A stretch of 64,000 nucleotides of DNA from positions 57,473 through 121,472 of the forward strand of contig JBHLPH010000004.1 in the NCBI GenBank assembly GCA_048939625.1, given 5' to 3'. Positions 1 to 10,481 of this stretch are shown here, in pieces. A program made the translations under genes and the position numbers. The notes under the pieces are model-generated. The model worked only from the letters and a program-made list of their open reading frames with translations, was not told the origin of the DNA and searched no databases. The stretch's first letter is position 1. Every line of letters begins with the position of its first letter. This DNA is from Promethearchaeota archaeon. GTDB taxonomy: Archaea; Asgardarchaeota; Hermodarchaeia; Hermodarchaeales; Hermodarchaeaceae.

Positions 1-130
1 AGTTCTCACAGTCCATCTTCACGTCACTTGTAAAGAGTTCAACTTCCTCGCCGCATTTCGGGCAGGTTTTGAAGATGATGGTGGGTCGTTTGAGCGGTGC
101 GGCACCAGGGCAGTCATCGATAATCTTCAT
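1..130 (-). CDS. Small Zn-ribbon-like protein (3' end runs off the window)
   Basis: Read by hand: MKIIDDCPGAAPLKRPTIIFKTCPKCGEEVELFTSDVKMDCEN...; CPG and CxxC motifs; not in ORF track. Confidence 0.7.
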   Translation of the reverse strand, partial: MKIIDDCPGAAPLKRPTIIFKTCPKCGEEVELFTSDVKMDCEN

Positions 131-181
131 GGTTACCGACTAAGAGTTAACATCGTTGACCTTAAAACCGGTTTGGTTTTC

Positions 182-484
182 CTACTCTTCGGCCTCATCC
201 TCTTCGCTAGTCTCGTCCGGTTCAGCAAGCGGCTTCTGCTCAGATTTTGATTCACCCATCGCATCCGGAGCATACCCTGCCACCTTCTCGATAGCCGCAA
301 TCAACTGGTCTTTCAATTCTAAGGAGATACGCACACCTTTTTTGGTGGGACGCCAACTCGCTTCTCCAGCCTGATAATAAATCCGAATATCAATTCCAAG
401 GAATCCTTGCCACTCAGAAAGGGATACCCAAATTTTTTCAGTTTCACTCCGCGGTAACGCCACTGGTTCACCAACAGTCGTCAT
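182..484 (-). CDS. PC4/Sub1 (transcriptional coactivator p15)-like ssDNA-binding protein with acidic tail
   Basis: VSLSEWQG..IDIRIYY....WRPTKKGVRI matches the PC4 signature. Confidence 0.8.
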   Translation of the reverse strand: MTTVGEPVALPRSETEKIWVSLSEWQGFLGIDIRIYYQAGEASWRPTKKGVRISLELKDQLIAAIEKVAGYAPDAMGESKSEQKPLAEPDETSEEDEAEE

Positions 485-551
485 AAAATCACCTTACCCC
501 TCAATACTAGAATTCACCCTATAAAGAATCGTATTCGTAGATAAAACAAGG

Positions 552-595
552 AAAAGGCGGATTCGGCACTCCACATACGGGGGCCTACCCCCGCC
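552..595 (-). terminator. GC-rich stem-loop plus U-tract downstream of rubredoxin
   Basis: GGCGG (556-560)/CCGCC (591-595) or CGGGGG/CCCCCG arms, followed on the minus strand by TTTT. Confidence 0.45.
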
Positions 596-611
596 ATAAA
601 TATTCAACAAG

Positions 612-776
612 CTAATCCGTCGGCTCGAACATGTCCTTGCCAACGCCGCATACAGGACATACCCAGTCTTCAGGGATATCTTCGAACGCGGTACCTGGTG
701 CGATACCTCCGTCGGAGTCACCGACAGCGGGATCATAGATGTATCCGCACGCTGTGCAGACATATTTCTGTGCCAT
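612..776 (-). CDS. Rubredoxin (54 aa)
   Basis: Read by hand: [54 protein letters not shown]; canonical CxxCGY...WxCPxCG; below ORF-track cutoff. Confidence 0.97.
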   Translation of the reverse strand: MAQKYVCTACGYIYDPAVGDSDGGIAPGTAFEDIPEDWVCPVCGVGKDMFEPTD

Positions 777-847
777 GCTAGGTCACCTGATTTTGTTGGC
801 TGGTTTCGTCGTTATTATTGTTTGGGTGTTATGAGTAATGCTGCGAT

Positions 848-1432
848 TCAGTAGGTTTCGCAGAGCACTTGGAAGTATTTTCGTGCATGGAAACAGGAAG
901 GACACTGTTCAGGTGGTTCTTCTCCTTCATGGATGTACCCGCATTCCCGGCACACCCATTTGGTTGGTTGTTTCTTCTTGAAGACAGTTTTCGCTTCGAC
1001 TTCTTTGAGGAGTTGGGTGTAGCGCGTGGCGTGGTGAACTTCTGCGTGGGCGATAGAGCGAACTTGTTTGGCAATTGCTTTGAACCCTTCCGCTTCAGCC
1101 GTGTCTGCGATTTCGGGATACATCTTAGTGTGTTCGTAGGTTTCGCCTTCGATGGCGGCTTTAAGATTGTCGATTGTTGTGCCGACTTTCAAGGGAGCGA
1201 GCGCGTCAACTGTGATTTCAGGCATAGGCTTGCCAGTTTGTTGCATGACAGTATGTGCAGCACGCCAAAAGTTTTTAGCGTGGACACGTTCATTATCGGC
1301 AGTAACATTGAAGATTTCGGAGATTTGTTCGTAACCTTCATTTCGGGCAATTTTTGAATAGATATTGTAGCGATTTCGGGCTTGACTTTCGCCGATAAAG
1401 GCTTGGACGAGTCCGATTAACGTTTTGGACAT
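848..1432 (-). CDS. rbr: Rubrerythrin
   Basis: AFIGESQARNRY, ExxH di-iron motifs (NERVHA, AEVHHA), C-terminal CRECGY...CPSC. Confidence 0.95.
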   Translation of the reverse strand: MSKTLIGLVQAFIGESQARNRYNIYSKIARNEGYEQISEIFNVTADNERVHAKNFWRAAHTVMQQTGKPMPEITVDALAPLKVGTTIDNLKAAIEGETYEHTKMYPEIADTAEAEGFKAIAKQVRSIAHAEVHHATRYTQLLKEVEAKTVFKKKQPTKWVCRECGYIHEGEEPPEQCPSCFHARKYFQVLCETY

Positions 1433-1577
1433 AGGGTTCTAACCTCGTTGTTGTATCAATAGGAGTCTGGTTAAGAATCTTTGTGATTTCTAAGCGTTGG
1501 GATTTTATCTAAGCACATGGGTTTAAGAGGAGTGGCTATAGTAGAGAAACCACCCAGTGTAACTAGGAGATGCAAGT

Positions 1578-3137
1578 ATGCCTTCTGACGTGATAAAAAA
1601 GAAAATGAAGGAGCTCAACAAGCGCCTAGATAAAGCTCACCAAGGTGGCGGAAAAGAGCGGATTGAGAAGCAACATAAAACCGGAAAAATGACTGCCCGG
1701 GAACGGATTGACCGATTGCTGGATTCGGGGAGTTTTATGGAATTCGATGCCCTTGTCGAACATCGGTGCACAGAATTCAAAATGGACAAAAACAAAATCC
1801 CCGGTGATGGCGTCGTTACAGGCTACGGTACAATCGATGACCGTCTAGTGTTTGTTTTTAGCCAGGATTTCACCGTGTTTGGCGGAGCACTTGGCGAGAT
1901 GTTCGGTGAAAAAGTCACCAAGATTATGGATCTCGCCCTTGAGGCAGGTGCACCCGTCATTGGATTGAATGATTCAGGCGGTGCACGGATTCAGGAAGGC
2001 GTAGCTAGCCTTGGGGCATATGGAGAGATCTTTTATCGAAACGTTATTGCTTCTGGTGTTATTCCACAAATAAGCGCCATTATGGGACCCTGTGCGGGAG
2101 GTGCCGTGTATAGCCCTGCGGTCACTGATTTTACGCTGATGGTAAAAAACACAAGCCGCATGTTTATCACAGGACCTAATGTCATCAAAGCCGTAACCGG
2201 TGAAGTCATTTCTTTTGAAGAACTGGGTGGAGCCATGGCACACAACATCAAAAGCGGTGTTGCACAATTTGCCGCAGAAAATGAGGAACATTGTCTCCAA
2301 CTAATTCGCGACCTGCTATCCTATCTACCATCTAACAACGTGGAAGATCCCCCTTATGTTGAACCTACCGATGACCCCCGACGGACGGACCCAGCGTTAA
2401 ATGAACTACTTCCAGATGATACAACCACGCCCTACAATATGAAGCAAGCCATTCTAAGTGTGGCGGATAACCACCAATTCTTGGAGGTCCATGAACACTT
2501 TGCTCAGAACATGGTAGTAGGCTTCATCCGCCTAAATGGTCATCCAGTGGGTGTGGTGGCAAACCAACCAAATTATCTGGCTGGAACCTTAGACATCAAT
2601 GCGTCGGACAAATGTGCACGGTTTGTCCGGTTCTGTGATGCGTTTAATATTCCAGTCCTTACCTTTATGGATGTGCCAGGCTTTCTTCCAGGTGTAGATC
2701 AGGAACATCGCGGAATCATTCGACACGGAGCTAAGATTCTTTTTGCATATGCAGAGGCAACAGTGCCTAAGGTGACAGTGATTACCCGGAAAGCTATTGG
2801 AGGTGCGTATGTTGTGTTAGGATCTAAACATCTTCGAGCAGATGTTGTCTATGCTTGGCCAACTACCGAAATGGCAGTTATGGGTCCTGAAGGCGCAGCG
2901 AATATTATTTTCCGTCGTGAAATCGAAAAATCCAAGGATCCAGAGGCGACCCGCGCTAAACGAATTCAGGAATACCGTGAACGCTTTGCGAATCCCTATT
3001 CGGGTGCAGTACGAGGATTCATCGATGAGGTCATTGAGCCTGCCATTACGCGGTCCCGTGTTATTGCAGCCCTTGAGATGCTGCGGACAAAACGCCAAGT
3101 GTTACCCAGAAAGAAGCATGGGAATTGTCCCCTCTAG
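1578..3137 (+). CDS. Acyl-CoA carboxyltransferase subunit (PccB/MmdA/transcarboxylase 12S family)
   Basis: [47 protein letters not shown]. Confidence 0.95.
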   Translation: MPSDVIKKKMKELNKRLDKAHQGGGKERIEKQHKTGKMTARERIDRLLDSGSFMEFDALVEHRCTEFKMDKNKIPGDGVVTGYGTIDDRLVFVFSQDFTVFGGALGEMFGEKVTKIMDLALEAGAPVIGLNDSGGARIQEGVASLGAYGEIFYRNVIASGVIPQISAIMGPCAGGAVYSPAVTDFTLMVKNTSRMFITGPNVIKAVTGEVISFEELGGAMAHNIKSGVAQFAAENEEHCLQLIRDLLSYLPSNNVEDPPYVEPTDDPRRTDPALNELLPDDTTTPYNMKQAILSVADNHQFLEVHEHFAQNMVVGFIRLNGHPVGVVANQPNYLAGTLDINASDKCARFVRFCDAFNIPVLTFMDVPGFLPGVDQEHRGIIRHGAKILFAYAEATVPKVTVITRKAIGGAYVVLGSKHLRADVVYAWPTTEMAVMGPEGAANIIFRREIEKSKDPEATRAKRIQEYRERFANPYSGAVRGFIDEVIEPAITRSRVIAALEMLRTKRQVLPRKKHGNCPL

Positions 3138-3260
3138 CGACAATTAACTAAAATTCAATATATCGCAGAGGATTTCAGACTCTACATAAGCTTATAACTC
3201 AGCCCTATGAAGGGAGTACAATACACCCCCGGCAGAGCTAGGGCGCTTCGGGAGAAATAC

Positions 3261-3821
3261 ATGATGAAATGTCCTCATTGTGGTGCAACTGTTAAAGAAT
3301 TTGATACCTTTTGCTATGCCTGTGGCGCTGCCCTCGATTCAACTGAAAGTGAATTGGGAAAACCAGTAAGCAAAGCTGAGGAATTCAGCCCAGCGCCAAA
3401 GCCACCTCGATATGATTCGATGGATTTTAGTTTTGCAGGATTCTGGAAACGATTTGCCGCGTGGATAATCGATTTCATTCTTTTGTCCATCTTCGCGATT
3501 CCACTTTCCTTTATCTTGGCTTTTGTGCCTTTTCCTTGGGGATCGTTCATTTCGCTTCCGATTTCTATTTTGATTAGCCTCTTGTATTATGGGTTGCAGG
3601 AAAGCTCCGTGCATCAAGCGACCATTGGGAAACGGGCTCTCGGCATTATTGTAACAGATAATTATGGGAACCGTATAACCTTTGGTCGTGCAGCCGCCCG
3701 TGACCTTTCTAAGATTATTTCAGGTCTAACACTTGGTATTGGCTTCTTGATCATTGGATTTACTGAGAAGAAACAAGGGCTTCACGATATGATTGTAGGT
3801 TGTCTAGTAATCAACAAGTAA
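3261..3821 (+). CDS. Zinc-ribbon + RDD family membrane protein
   Basis: CPHCG...FCYACG, then AGFWKRFAAWIID...TIGKR...QGLHD; GGAG upstream of ATG 3261 (ORF track starts at 3207). Confidence 0.88.
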   Translation: MMKCPHCGATVKEFDTFCYACGAALDSTESELGKPVSKAEEFSPAPKPPRYDSMDFSFAGFWKRFAAWIIDFILLSIFAIPLSFILAFVPFPWGSFISLPISILISLLYYGLQESSVHQATIGKRALGIIVTDNYGNRITFGRAAARDLSKIISGLTLGIGFLIIGFTEKKQGLHDMIVGCLVINK

Positions 3822-3972
3822 CCTCTACTTCTTAGTCCTGATAGAAGCAGTGGCAGTTAACAGGGATGAATCCAACTTACGGATCACAGAAGCATGGACA
3901 GACAGAAGACTAAAAACTGGTAGTGATTATTAGCACCTATCGCCCACCATGAGAAGGTGAAGTAATATCACC

Positions 3973-5484
3973 ATGACCACCACGGTTTCAAAACCCATCA
4001 AATTTACCGATACAACCTTTCGGGATGCACATCAATCCTTACTCGCGACTCGTATGCGAACTGAAGATATGCTTCCGATTGCTGAGAAGATGGACAAGGT
4101 GGGCTTTAATTCCATGGAGGTCTGGGGAGGCGCCACTTTTGATGCCCCATTGCGATTCTTGAAGGAGAATCCCTGGGGGCGTCTCCGACAACTGCGAGCG
4201 GTCATCAAGAAGACGAAGCTGCAGATGTTATTAAGGGGACAAAACATTGTGGGGTATCGGCATTATCCCGATGATACCGTTCGTGAATTTGTGGAACTTG
4301 CTGCTCACAACGGCATCGATATCTTTCGCGTCTTTGACGCATTAAACGATCCTCGTAACATGAAAACAGCGTTAAAAGCAATTCACAAGGTTGGAGCACA
4401 TGCCCAGCTTAGTTTTAGTTACACTATTAGCCCTGTGCATAATGTTGAATCTTTTGTAGAGCAGGCCAAGAACCTTGAAGCGATGGGAGCAGATTCAATC
4501 TGTATAAAGGATATGGCGGGTTTACTGAGTCCATTTATTGCCCGAGAACTCGTGATCCGCCTCAAAGAGGAAATCACAGTCCCGATTCAACTCCACTCCC
4601 ATTATACTTCGGGCATGGCCAGTATGAGTTACCTTGAAGCAATCAAAGCTGGTGTGGATGTTGTCGATACCGCGATTTCATCCCTTGCTCAATCCACATC
4701 TCAACCCCCGCTAGAAACAATGGTTGCAGTCTTAGAAGGAACCCCATGGGACTCGCACCTAAATCTTGAGTTGCTGTCAGAAATCGCGGCTTATATCCAT
4801 GATGTCCGGGAACGCTATGAAGCCTATGAATGCGGAATGGTGGGAGTTGACACGAATGTGCTACAATTTCAAGTTCCAGGTGGCATGATGTCCAACCTAA
4901 TAAACCAGTTACGTGAACAAAACGCATTAGACCGTTTGCAAGATGTATTGGATGAAGTACCACGAGTACGAAAGGAAATGGGATATCCCCCGCTGGTAAC
5001 CCCTTCTAGCCAGATTGTGGGCACCCAAGCGACACTGAACGTGTTATTAGGTGAACGCTACAAAACCATCCCTGAGGAAGTGAAACAGTATGTTCGTGGA
5101 TATTATGGTCGCCCACCGGCCCCCATAGATCCGAAAATTCAGAAACTCGTGATAGGTAACGAAGAACCAATTACGTGTCGTCCCGCGGATCTACTTGAAC
5201 CTGCCATTCCCAAGGCACGTAAAGAGCTGAAAGGAATCACTTCCGAAATGGAAGATATCATTGCCTATATCCTATTTCCTCAACCTGCTCTCGAGTTCTT
5301 CGAACACCGTAAATCAAAGGAAGCCTTAGAGAAGCTTACACCAGAGATTTTGGCTGCAATCACGGCTGCACTCCTAGAAAAACAGCCTAACCAACCTCAA
5401 ATGCCAAGTTTCCGTCGTCCAAACACAAATGGAATTAATGCATGGGTTCTGGCAGGGCGACGAGAAGCAATGGGTTATGATTGA
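3973..5484 (+). CDS. Pyruvate/oxaloacetate carboxyltransferase (PycB/OadA/transcarboxylase 5S family) without biotin domain, with epsilon-subunit-like C-tail
   Basis: DTTFRDAHQSLLATRMRT, EVWGGATFD, IKDMAG, LHSH, QVPGGM, PPLVTPSSQIVG. Confidence 0.93.
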   Translation: MTTTVSKPIKFTDTTFRDAHQSLLATRMRTEDMLPIAEKMDKVGFNSMEVWGGATFDAPLRFLKENPWGRLRQLRAVIKKTKLQMLLRGQNIVGYRHYPDDTVREFVELAAHNGIDIFRVFDALNDPRNMKTALKAIHKVGAHAQLSFSYTISPVHNVESFVEQAKNLEAMGADSICIKDMAGLLSPFIARELVIRLKEEITVPIQLHSHYTSGMASMSYLEAIKAGVDVVDTAISSLAQSTSQPPLETMVAVLEGTPWDSHLNLELLSEIAAYIHDVRERYEAYECGMVGVDTNVLQFQVPGGMMSNLINQLREQNALDRLQDVLDEVPRVRKEMGYPPLVTPSSQIVGTQATLNVLLGERYKTIPEEVKQYVRGYYGRPPAPIDPKIQKLVIGNEEPITCRPADLLEPAIPKARKELKGITSEMEDIIAYILFPQPALEFFEHRKSKEALEKLTPEILAAITAALLEKQPNQPQMPSFRRPNTNGINAWVLAGRREAMGYD

Positions 5485-5506
5485 CATTAAACATTGAGGG
5501 AAAGCA

Positions 5507-6088
5507 GTGACACGAAAATACAAACTAACGGTCAACAGCAAAATCGTTGACGTCGAGGTTGAGGGTCCCATCAATGGAATCCTCATTGTTACTATAGGTG
5601 AGACTTCGTTTCCCGTGCAAATTAAAGACGGTGATACTCAATTAGAAAAATTCGATATTAAAGTAGGCAACGTTAAACACACAATTAGCCTTACACCAAA
5701 TCCCAATACCTCAGAATTCACGATTAAAATCAATAAGGAAACCTATACCGCCTTCTTAGCTAGAGAATCTGTAACACCTTCCCGAAGCATTCGAGCACCA
5801 ACAATTACTACTGCTCCAACTAGCTTCACACCCTCCACTCAGCCTTCAACGGAACCACCCCAAGAATCCGCCGAACCAGGCACAGTAACCGCCCCCTTAC
5901 CGGGACGTGTTCTCGAAGTCTGTGTAAAAGAAGCGGATGTCGTCAAACTCGGCGATGTCTTGCTGGTGTTAGAAGCTATGAAAATGGCAAACGAAATTCG
6001 CGCCCCTCAAGACGGAACTGTTAAACATATCCATGTTGAAGCTGGAACAGCTGTAGAAAAAGGACAGCCCATGATAAGCTTCCAGTGA
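5507..6088 (+). CDS. Biotin carboxyl carrier protein
   Basis: EAMKM biotinylation motif, Pro/Thr-rich linker. Confidence 0.93.
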   Translation: MTRKYKLTVNSKIVDVEVEGPINGILIVTIGETSFPVQIKDGDTQLEKFDIKVGNVKHTISLTPNPNTSEFTIKINKETYTAFLARESVTPSRSIRAPTITTAPTSFTPSTQPSTEPPQESAEPGTVTAPLPGRVLEVCVKEADVVKLGDVLLVLEAMKMANEIRAPQDGTVKHIHVEAGTAVEKGQPMISFQ

Positions 6089-6186
6089 ATTGATTGCGAT
6101 TAAAGCAACTCTGACACAATGAATCTGTGATGTGAGAAGCCTTTAAGAATAATCTTTGGGCAAACCAGTCTGGGGTATCGATAGGT

Positions 6187-6321
6187 ATGGCTTGCCCTAT
6201 GTATGATGCCGAAAATAATGTATGCCAGCAACTTCAGCGAAACTTTCCTGAAGGTGCTCGAACTCCCTGTGAGTTCGTTAATGATCCTTCTCAATGTCCC
6301 ATCTGTATGATGTGTTCATAG
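6187..6321 (+). CDS. Small Cys-rich protein (44 aa, 6 Cys)
   Basis: Read by hand: MACPMYDAENNVCQQLQRNFPEGARTPCEFVNDPSQCPICMMCS; TATA-like CTTTAAG at 6141 upstream. Confidence 0.6.
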   Translation: MACPMYDAENNVCQQLQRNFPEGARTPCEFVNDPSQCPICMMCS

Positions 6322-6493
6322 TCTGCAGATGGGATTTATTTCCTTATCAGCTACTCAAGATACTATCTAAGCCTAAGTCCATCAAGTAGAGGTCAGATTG
6401 TCTATTGCCAAAACCATTAAAACCGCAGCATCCTAACTGAAGAAACAAGAGACCATTTCTCACATGGTCAGTTCCTTGTGATGGCGACGTCTG

Positions 6494-8170
6494 ATGGAAA
6501 TAAAAGAGAAGGAAACCGTATCCCAAATGAAACGAGAATGGGAAAAGAAGACACTCAAAAAAACCTTAGACCAATCTCCGGAACGGCGAGAACGGTTTAT
6601 TACCACATCAAGCCGCCCAATCGCTCGCTTATACACTCCGATTGACGTGGCTGATCTCGATTACGAAAAACACCTTGGATTTCCTGGTCAATTCCCCTTT
6701 ACTCGGGGAGTTTATCCCTCTATGTATCGGGGTCGATTTTGGACTATGCGGATGTTCTCTGGGTTTGGAACCGCTGAGCAAACCAATGCACGATACCAGT
6801 ATTTGCTGGAACAGGGGCAAACCGGGTTGAGTGTGGCCTTTCACCTGCCAACCATTCAGGGATTAGATTCAGATGACCCGATGTCAAAAGGTGAAATCGG
6901 CGTTTGTGGTGTCGCTATTGACTCGCTAGCAGATATGGAGATTCTGTTTTCAAAGATTCCACTCGACAAGGTTACTACATCCATGACCATTAATGCCCCA
7001 GCAGCAGTCCTTCTTTGCCTTTATATTGCAGCCGCAGAAAAACAAGGAGTCCCACCCACCAAGATCGGTGGTACAATCCAGAATGATATCCTCAAGGAAT
7101 ATCAAGCCCAAAAAACCTGGATTTTCCCACCGGATCCTTCCATGCGCATCATTACAAATATCCTCGAGTTTTGCACAAAGAAGGTCCCTCGCTGGAATAC
7201 TATTAGCATTAGCGGATATCATATCCGTGAAGCTGGTGCAACAGCAGTACAAGAACTCGCATTTACTCTCGCTAATGGTCTCGCCTATGTGCAGGCGGGT
7301 GTCGAGGCTGGATTAAATGTCGACGATTTTGCGCCTCGTCTTTCCTTTTTCTTTGATAGTCATTTGGACCTTTTTGAAGAAATCGCGAAATTCCGTGCTG
7401 CGCGACGAATCTGGGCTCGGGAAATGCGAGAACGATTCGATGCGAAGAATCCACGGTCCTATCTTCTCCGGTTCCATACTCAAACCGCTGGTGTTAGTCT
7501 AACCGCACAACAGCCTGAAAATAACATCATCCGAACCACCATTCAAGCTCTAGCAGCTGTTCTCGGTGGTACCCAATCATTGCACACGAATTCCATGGAT
7601 GAAGCGTGGGCCCTACCGACTGAGAAAGCTGCAACCATTGCATTACGTACTCAACAAGTCCTTGCATATGAAAGCGGTGTAGCCAACACAATTGATCCAT
7701 TGGGTGGTTCCTATTTCATCGAGGCGTTAACCAACGAAATGGAAGAGGAGACCTACAAATACTTTGACCGCATCGAAAAACTCGGCGGTGTCGTCGATGC
7801 CATCAAGAAAGGCTTTTTCCAACGCGAAATCTCCGATTCCGCCTTTCGATATCAGCGTGAAATCGAAGAAAAAGAACGAATCATAGTTGGGGTCAACGAT
7901 TACATCACCGATGACCGTCTCGAAATACCGGTTCTGAAAATCGATCCTGAAGTCGAACGAACCCAACTAGCCCGCTTGCAAAAGACCCGAAAAACACGAA
8001 ACAACCAGAAAGTCGATGAATTACTCAGTCGCCTTCAACGAGCAGCAGAAGGAACTGATAATCTTCTACCACATATCCTCGCCGCAGTCCGCGAATACGC
8101 TACGATCGGCGAGATTTGTAACGCATTACGAGAAGTATATGGAGAATATCAGGAACCCATCATCTTCTGA
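6494..8170 (+). CDS. B12-dependent acyl-CoA mutase large subunit, isobutyryl-CoA mutase-like specificity (Phe88/Gln206)
   Basis: [49 protein letters not shown]. Confidence 0.93.
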   Translation: MEIKEKETVSQMKREWEKKTLKKTLDQSPERRERFITTSSRPIARLYTPIDVADLDYEKHLGFPGQFPFTRGVYPSMYRGRFWTMRMFSGFGTAEQTNARYQYLLEQGQTGLSVAFHLPTIQGLDSDDPMSKGEIGVCGVAIDSLADMEILFSKIPLDKVTTSMTINAPAAVLLCLYIAAAEKQGVPPTKIGGTIQNDILKEYQAQKTWIFPPDPSMRIITNILEFCTKKVPRWNTISISGYHIREAGATAVQELAFTLANGLAYVQAGVEAGLNVDDFAPRLSFFFDSHLDLFEEIAKFRAARRIWAREMRERFDAKNPRSYLLRFHTQTAGVSLTAQQPENNIIRTTIQALAAVLGGTQSLHTNSMDEAWALPTEKAATIALRTQQVLAYESGVANTIDPLGGSYFIEALTNEMEEETYKYFDRIEKLGGVVDAIKKGFFQREISDSAFRYQREIEEKERIIVGVNDYITDDRLEIPVLKIDPEVERTQLARLQKTRKTRNNQKVDELLSRLQRAAEGTDNLLPHILAAVREYATIGEICNALREVYGEYQEPIIF

Positions 8171-8197
8171 TTAAAAAAACATGAAAAGTTGAATTTT

Positions 8198-8599
8198 ATG
8201 ACCGAAACCACAAAGAAAATCCGTGTGTTGATTGCTAAACCAGGTCTTGATGGACATGATCGTGGCGCAAAGGTCGTCGCGCGAGCTTTACGGGATGCGG
8301 GATTTGAAGTTATCTATACAGGACTACGTCAAACCCCAGAACAAGTTGCAGAGACCGCTCTCCAAGAGGATGTGGATGTTGTGGGGTTAAGCATCCTGTC
8401 GGGAGCGCATATGCGACTTTTTCCTGAAATCATGAAGCTCCTCAAGGAAAGGGATATGAATGACGTTCTTGTCATTGCTGGCGGAATCATTCCTGAAGAT
8501 GATGTCAAACCGCTAAAGAAGCTTGGAATCAAAGCTATCTTTGGTCCAGGCACTCCAACGGGTGAAATCGTAGAGTTTATTCGAAAACATACAAAGTAA
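8198..8599 (+). CDS. Acyl-CoA mutase cobalamin-binding small subunit
   Basis: [10 protein letters not shown] (DxHxxG), SILSGAH, GGIIP. Confidence 0.95.
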   Translation: MTETTKKIRVLIAKPGLDGHDRGAKVVARALRDAGFEVIYTGLRQTPEQVAETALQEDVDVVGLSILSGAHMRLFPEIMKLLKERDMNDVLVIAGGIIPEDDVKPLKKLGIKAIFGPGTPTGEIVEFIRKHTK

Positions 8600-8607
8600 C
8601 CACCGAT

Positions 8608-9582
8608 GTGGGTGTAATGCCTCCAGATAGCACAGATTTGGTCAAACAGCTGCTCAAGGGCAATCGCCGGGCAGCAGCACGTTTAATGACATTGGCTGAA
8701 TCGCTATCCCCGGAAGCTCATGGAGCTATTAAGCAACTCTACGCGCATACTGGAAAGGCACACATTATTGGTGTCACTGGACCACCAGGCTCTGGTAAAA
8801 GCACGCTTGTTGATAAACTCATTGAACACTTTCGCGCCCAGAAACTCACAGTGGGTGTCGTCGCTATAGACCCTAGCAGTCCCTTCTCTGGTGGTGCATT
8901 ATTGGGAGATCGAATCCGAATGAACCGATTTGCTGATGACCATGACGTCTTTATTCGGAGCATGGGTTCTCGAGGCAGCCTAGGCGGATTGGCTTGGGCC
9001 ACTTATGATGTTGTCCATATTCTTGACGCCTTTGGAAAAGACATCATTATAGTCGAGACGGTCGGCGCCGGACAAGCCGAAGTCGACATTATCCGGCTTG
9101 CTGAAACCATCGTTTTACTTACGGTACCAGGGCTAGGCGATGATATCCAAACCATAAAGGCGGGCATAATGGAAATCGGCAGTATCTTTGTGATTAACAA
9201 GTCAGATCTTGATGGCGCGGATCGCCGATATGTGGAACTTCAATCAGCATTGAATTTGGACCAAGAAACCAAAGGATGGCAACCACCAATCATTAAAGTC
9301 ATTGCGACAAGCAGTGAAGGTGTTGAAGAACTTGTTAAGGCAATTCAAGATCACCATACATATCTCGTTGAAAGTGGGGAAATTTCTAAGAACCGTGAAC
9401 AGCGCTGTTGCGCCCAATTGGAAACGATTATGGAACAAAGCTTCATTCGTAAATTGTTCATGGATTCGGACGAACGAGCCATATTCCTTGAGCTCGTAAA
9501 GGAAGTGAATGATCGGAAAACGGATCCGTATACAGCTGCGGAACGGCTAATCCTTCATTTAATCGAGGCACCGAAAAAGTAA
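8608..9582 (+). CDS. meaB: MeaB/ArgK GTPase chaperone of acyl-CoA mutase
   Basis: GPPGSGKST, DPSSPFSGGALLGDRIRM, ETVGAGQ, NKSD. Confidence 0.95.
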   Translation: MGVMPPDSTDLVKQLLKGNRRAAARLMTLAESLSPEAHGAIKQLYAHTGKAHIIGVTGPPGSGKSTLVDKLIEHFRAQKLTVGVVAIDPSSPFSGGALLGDRIRMNRFADDHDVFIRSMGSRGSLGGLAWATYDVVHILDAFGKDIIIVETVGAGQAEVDIIRLAETIVLLTVPGLGDDIQTIKAGIMEIGSIFVINKSDLDGADRRYVELQSALNLDQETKGWQPPIIKVIATSSEGVEELVKAIQDHHTYLVESGEISKNREQRCCAQLETIMEQSFIRKLFMDSDERAIFLELVKEVNDRKTDPYTAAERLILHLIEAPKK

Positions 9583-9590
9583 ATTCAATG

Positions 9591-10481
9591 CTATTTTCTT
9601 TTGGGACTACGACTAGCCTCAAGAGGTGTCCCTAGACCAACGGTGGGAGTTCCAGACCGAATTTGGTATGGAACTTTGAGATAAGTGGTCACTTCATCTG
9701 GTGCCGTGGTTTTCAAGATTTGTACGAATTTGGATGGCTGCTTAAGACCTGGAACATCACCATAGCCCCATCGGAGAACTTGGTCAGCCATGCGCTCGCA
9801 GGCTGTATGGACATCAGGAACGGTCCCTCGCCATCCCATGTGTAAGACAAGAGTGTGTCCGAATTTGCGCATCAAGTTGATAAGACGACGAAGGTAGTTG
9901 AGGGCAGGGGTAGGTCCAACACCATCAATGAAGTCGTCCACATAGGCGAAAATCATGCGAATGGAGCCTTTCCCATGTAGTGAGGAAGTGATGTTGCTAA
10001 TTGCTGCGGGTAATCCATCTACGGATTGTATTTCATCCGGTTTACGAGGAGAAACGAGAAGGTTCGGATTACCTCCCATTTTTTTGATTCGCTCCTGGTA
10101 GGAGGTCTTGATTAATTCTCTTTCATGGTCGCCGAACCCACGGAAGGTAAACATGTCCACCCAATGGAAACGATTGTCTTTACTTACTTCTAAGAAGACA
10201 TTAAAGGACTCAGATAATTTCCGTTCACACCATAATGCGATGGCAACTGGATCAGCATATGTGGTAACTAAAAGAAGGGTCTCAGAGTCTTGCACATCAT
10301 TTGTAAGCCATTGTATGGATAGGCTGATTGGATCAGTGAAGGTCTGATTCTGTACATACATGATGGTCGAAGTACCAGACATAATACCGAAGTATTGGTC
10401 GAAGCTCTTGTTAGCAGTATACAACCGTCTTCGGTCTTCAATTCCCTCAAGTAGAATACGTGAATCCGGTCCTTCACTCAT
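9591..10481 (-). CDS. Degenerate KaiC/RecA-fold protein (no Walker A)
   Basis: FDQYFG N-terminus, LLLVTT, WVDMFT, ERMADQVL resemble KaiC/RAD55 topology; no GxxxxGK[ST]. Confidence 0.5.
   Translation of the reverse strand: MSEGPDSRILLEGIEDRRRLYTANKSFDQYFGIMSGTSTIMYVQNQTFTDPISLSIQWLTNDVQDSETLLLVTTYADPVAIALWCERKLSESFNVFLEVSKDNRFHWVDMFTFRGFGDHERELIKTSYQERIKKMGGNPNLLVSPRKPDEIQSVDGLPAAISNITSSLHGKGSIRMIFAYVDDFIDGVGPTPALNYLRRLINLMRKFGHTLVLHMGWRGTVPDVHTACERMADQVLRWGYGDVPGLKQPSKFVQILKTTAPDEVTTYLKVPYQIRSGTPTVGLGTPLEASRSPKRK

Noticed and set aside
494-763. 89-aa ORF-track ORF
   Set aside because: It overlaps the real rubredoxin in another frame
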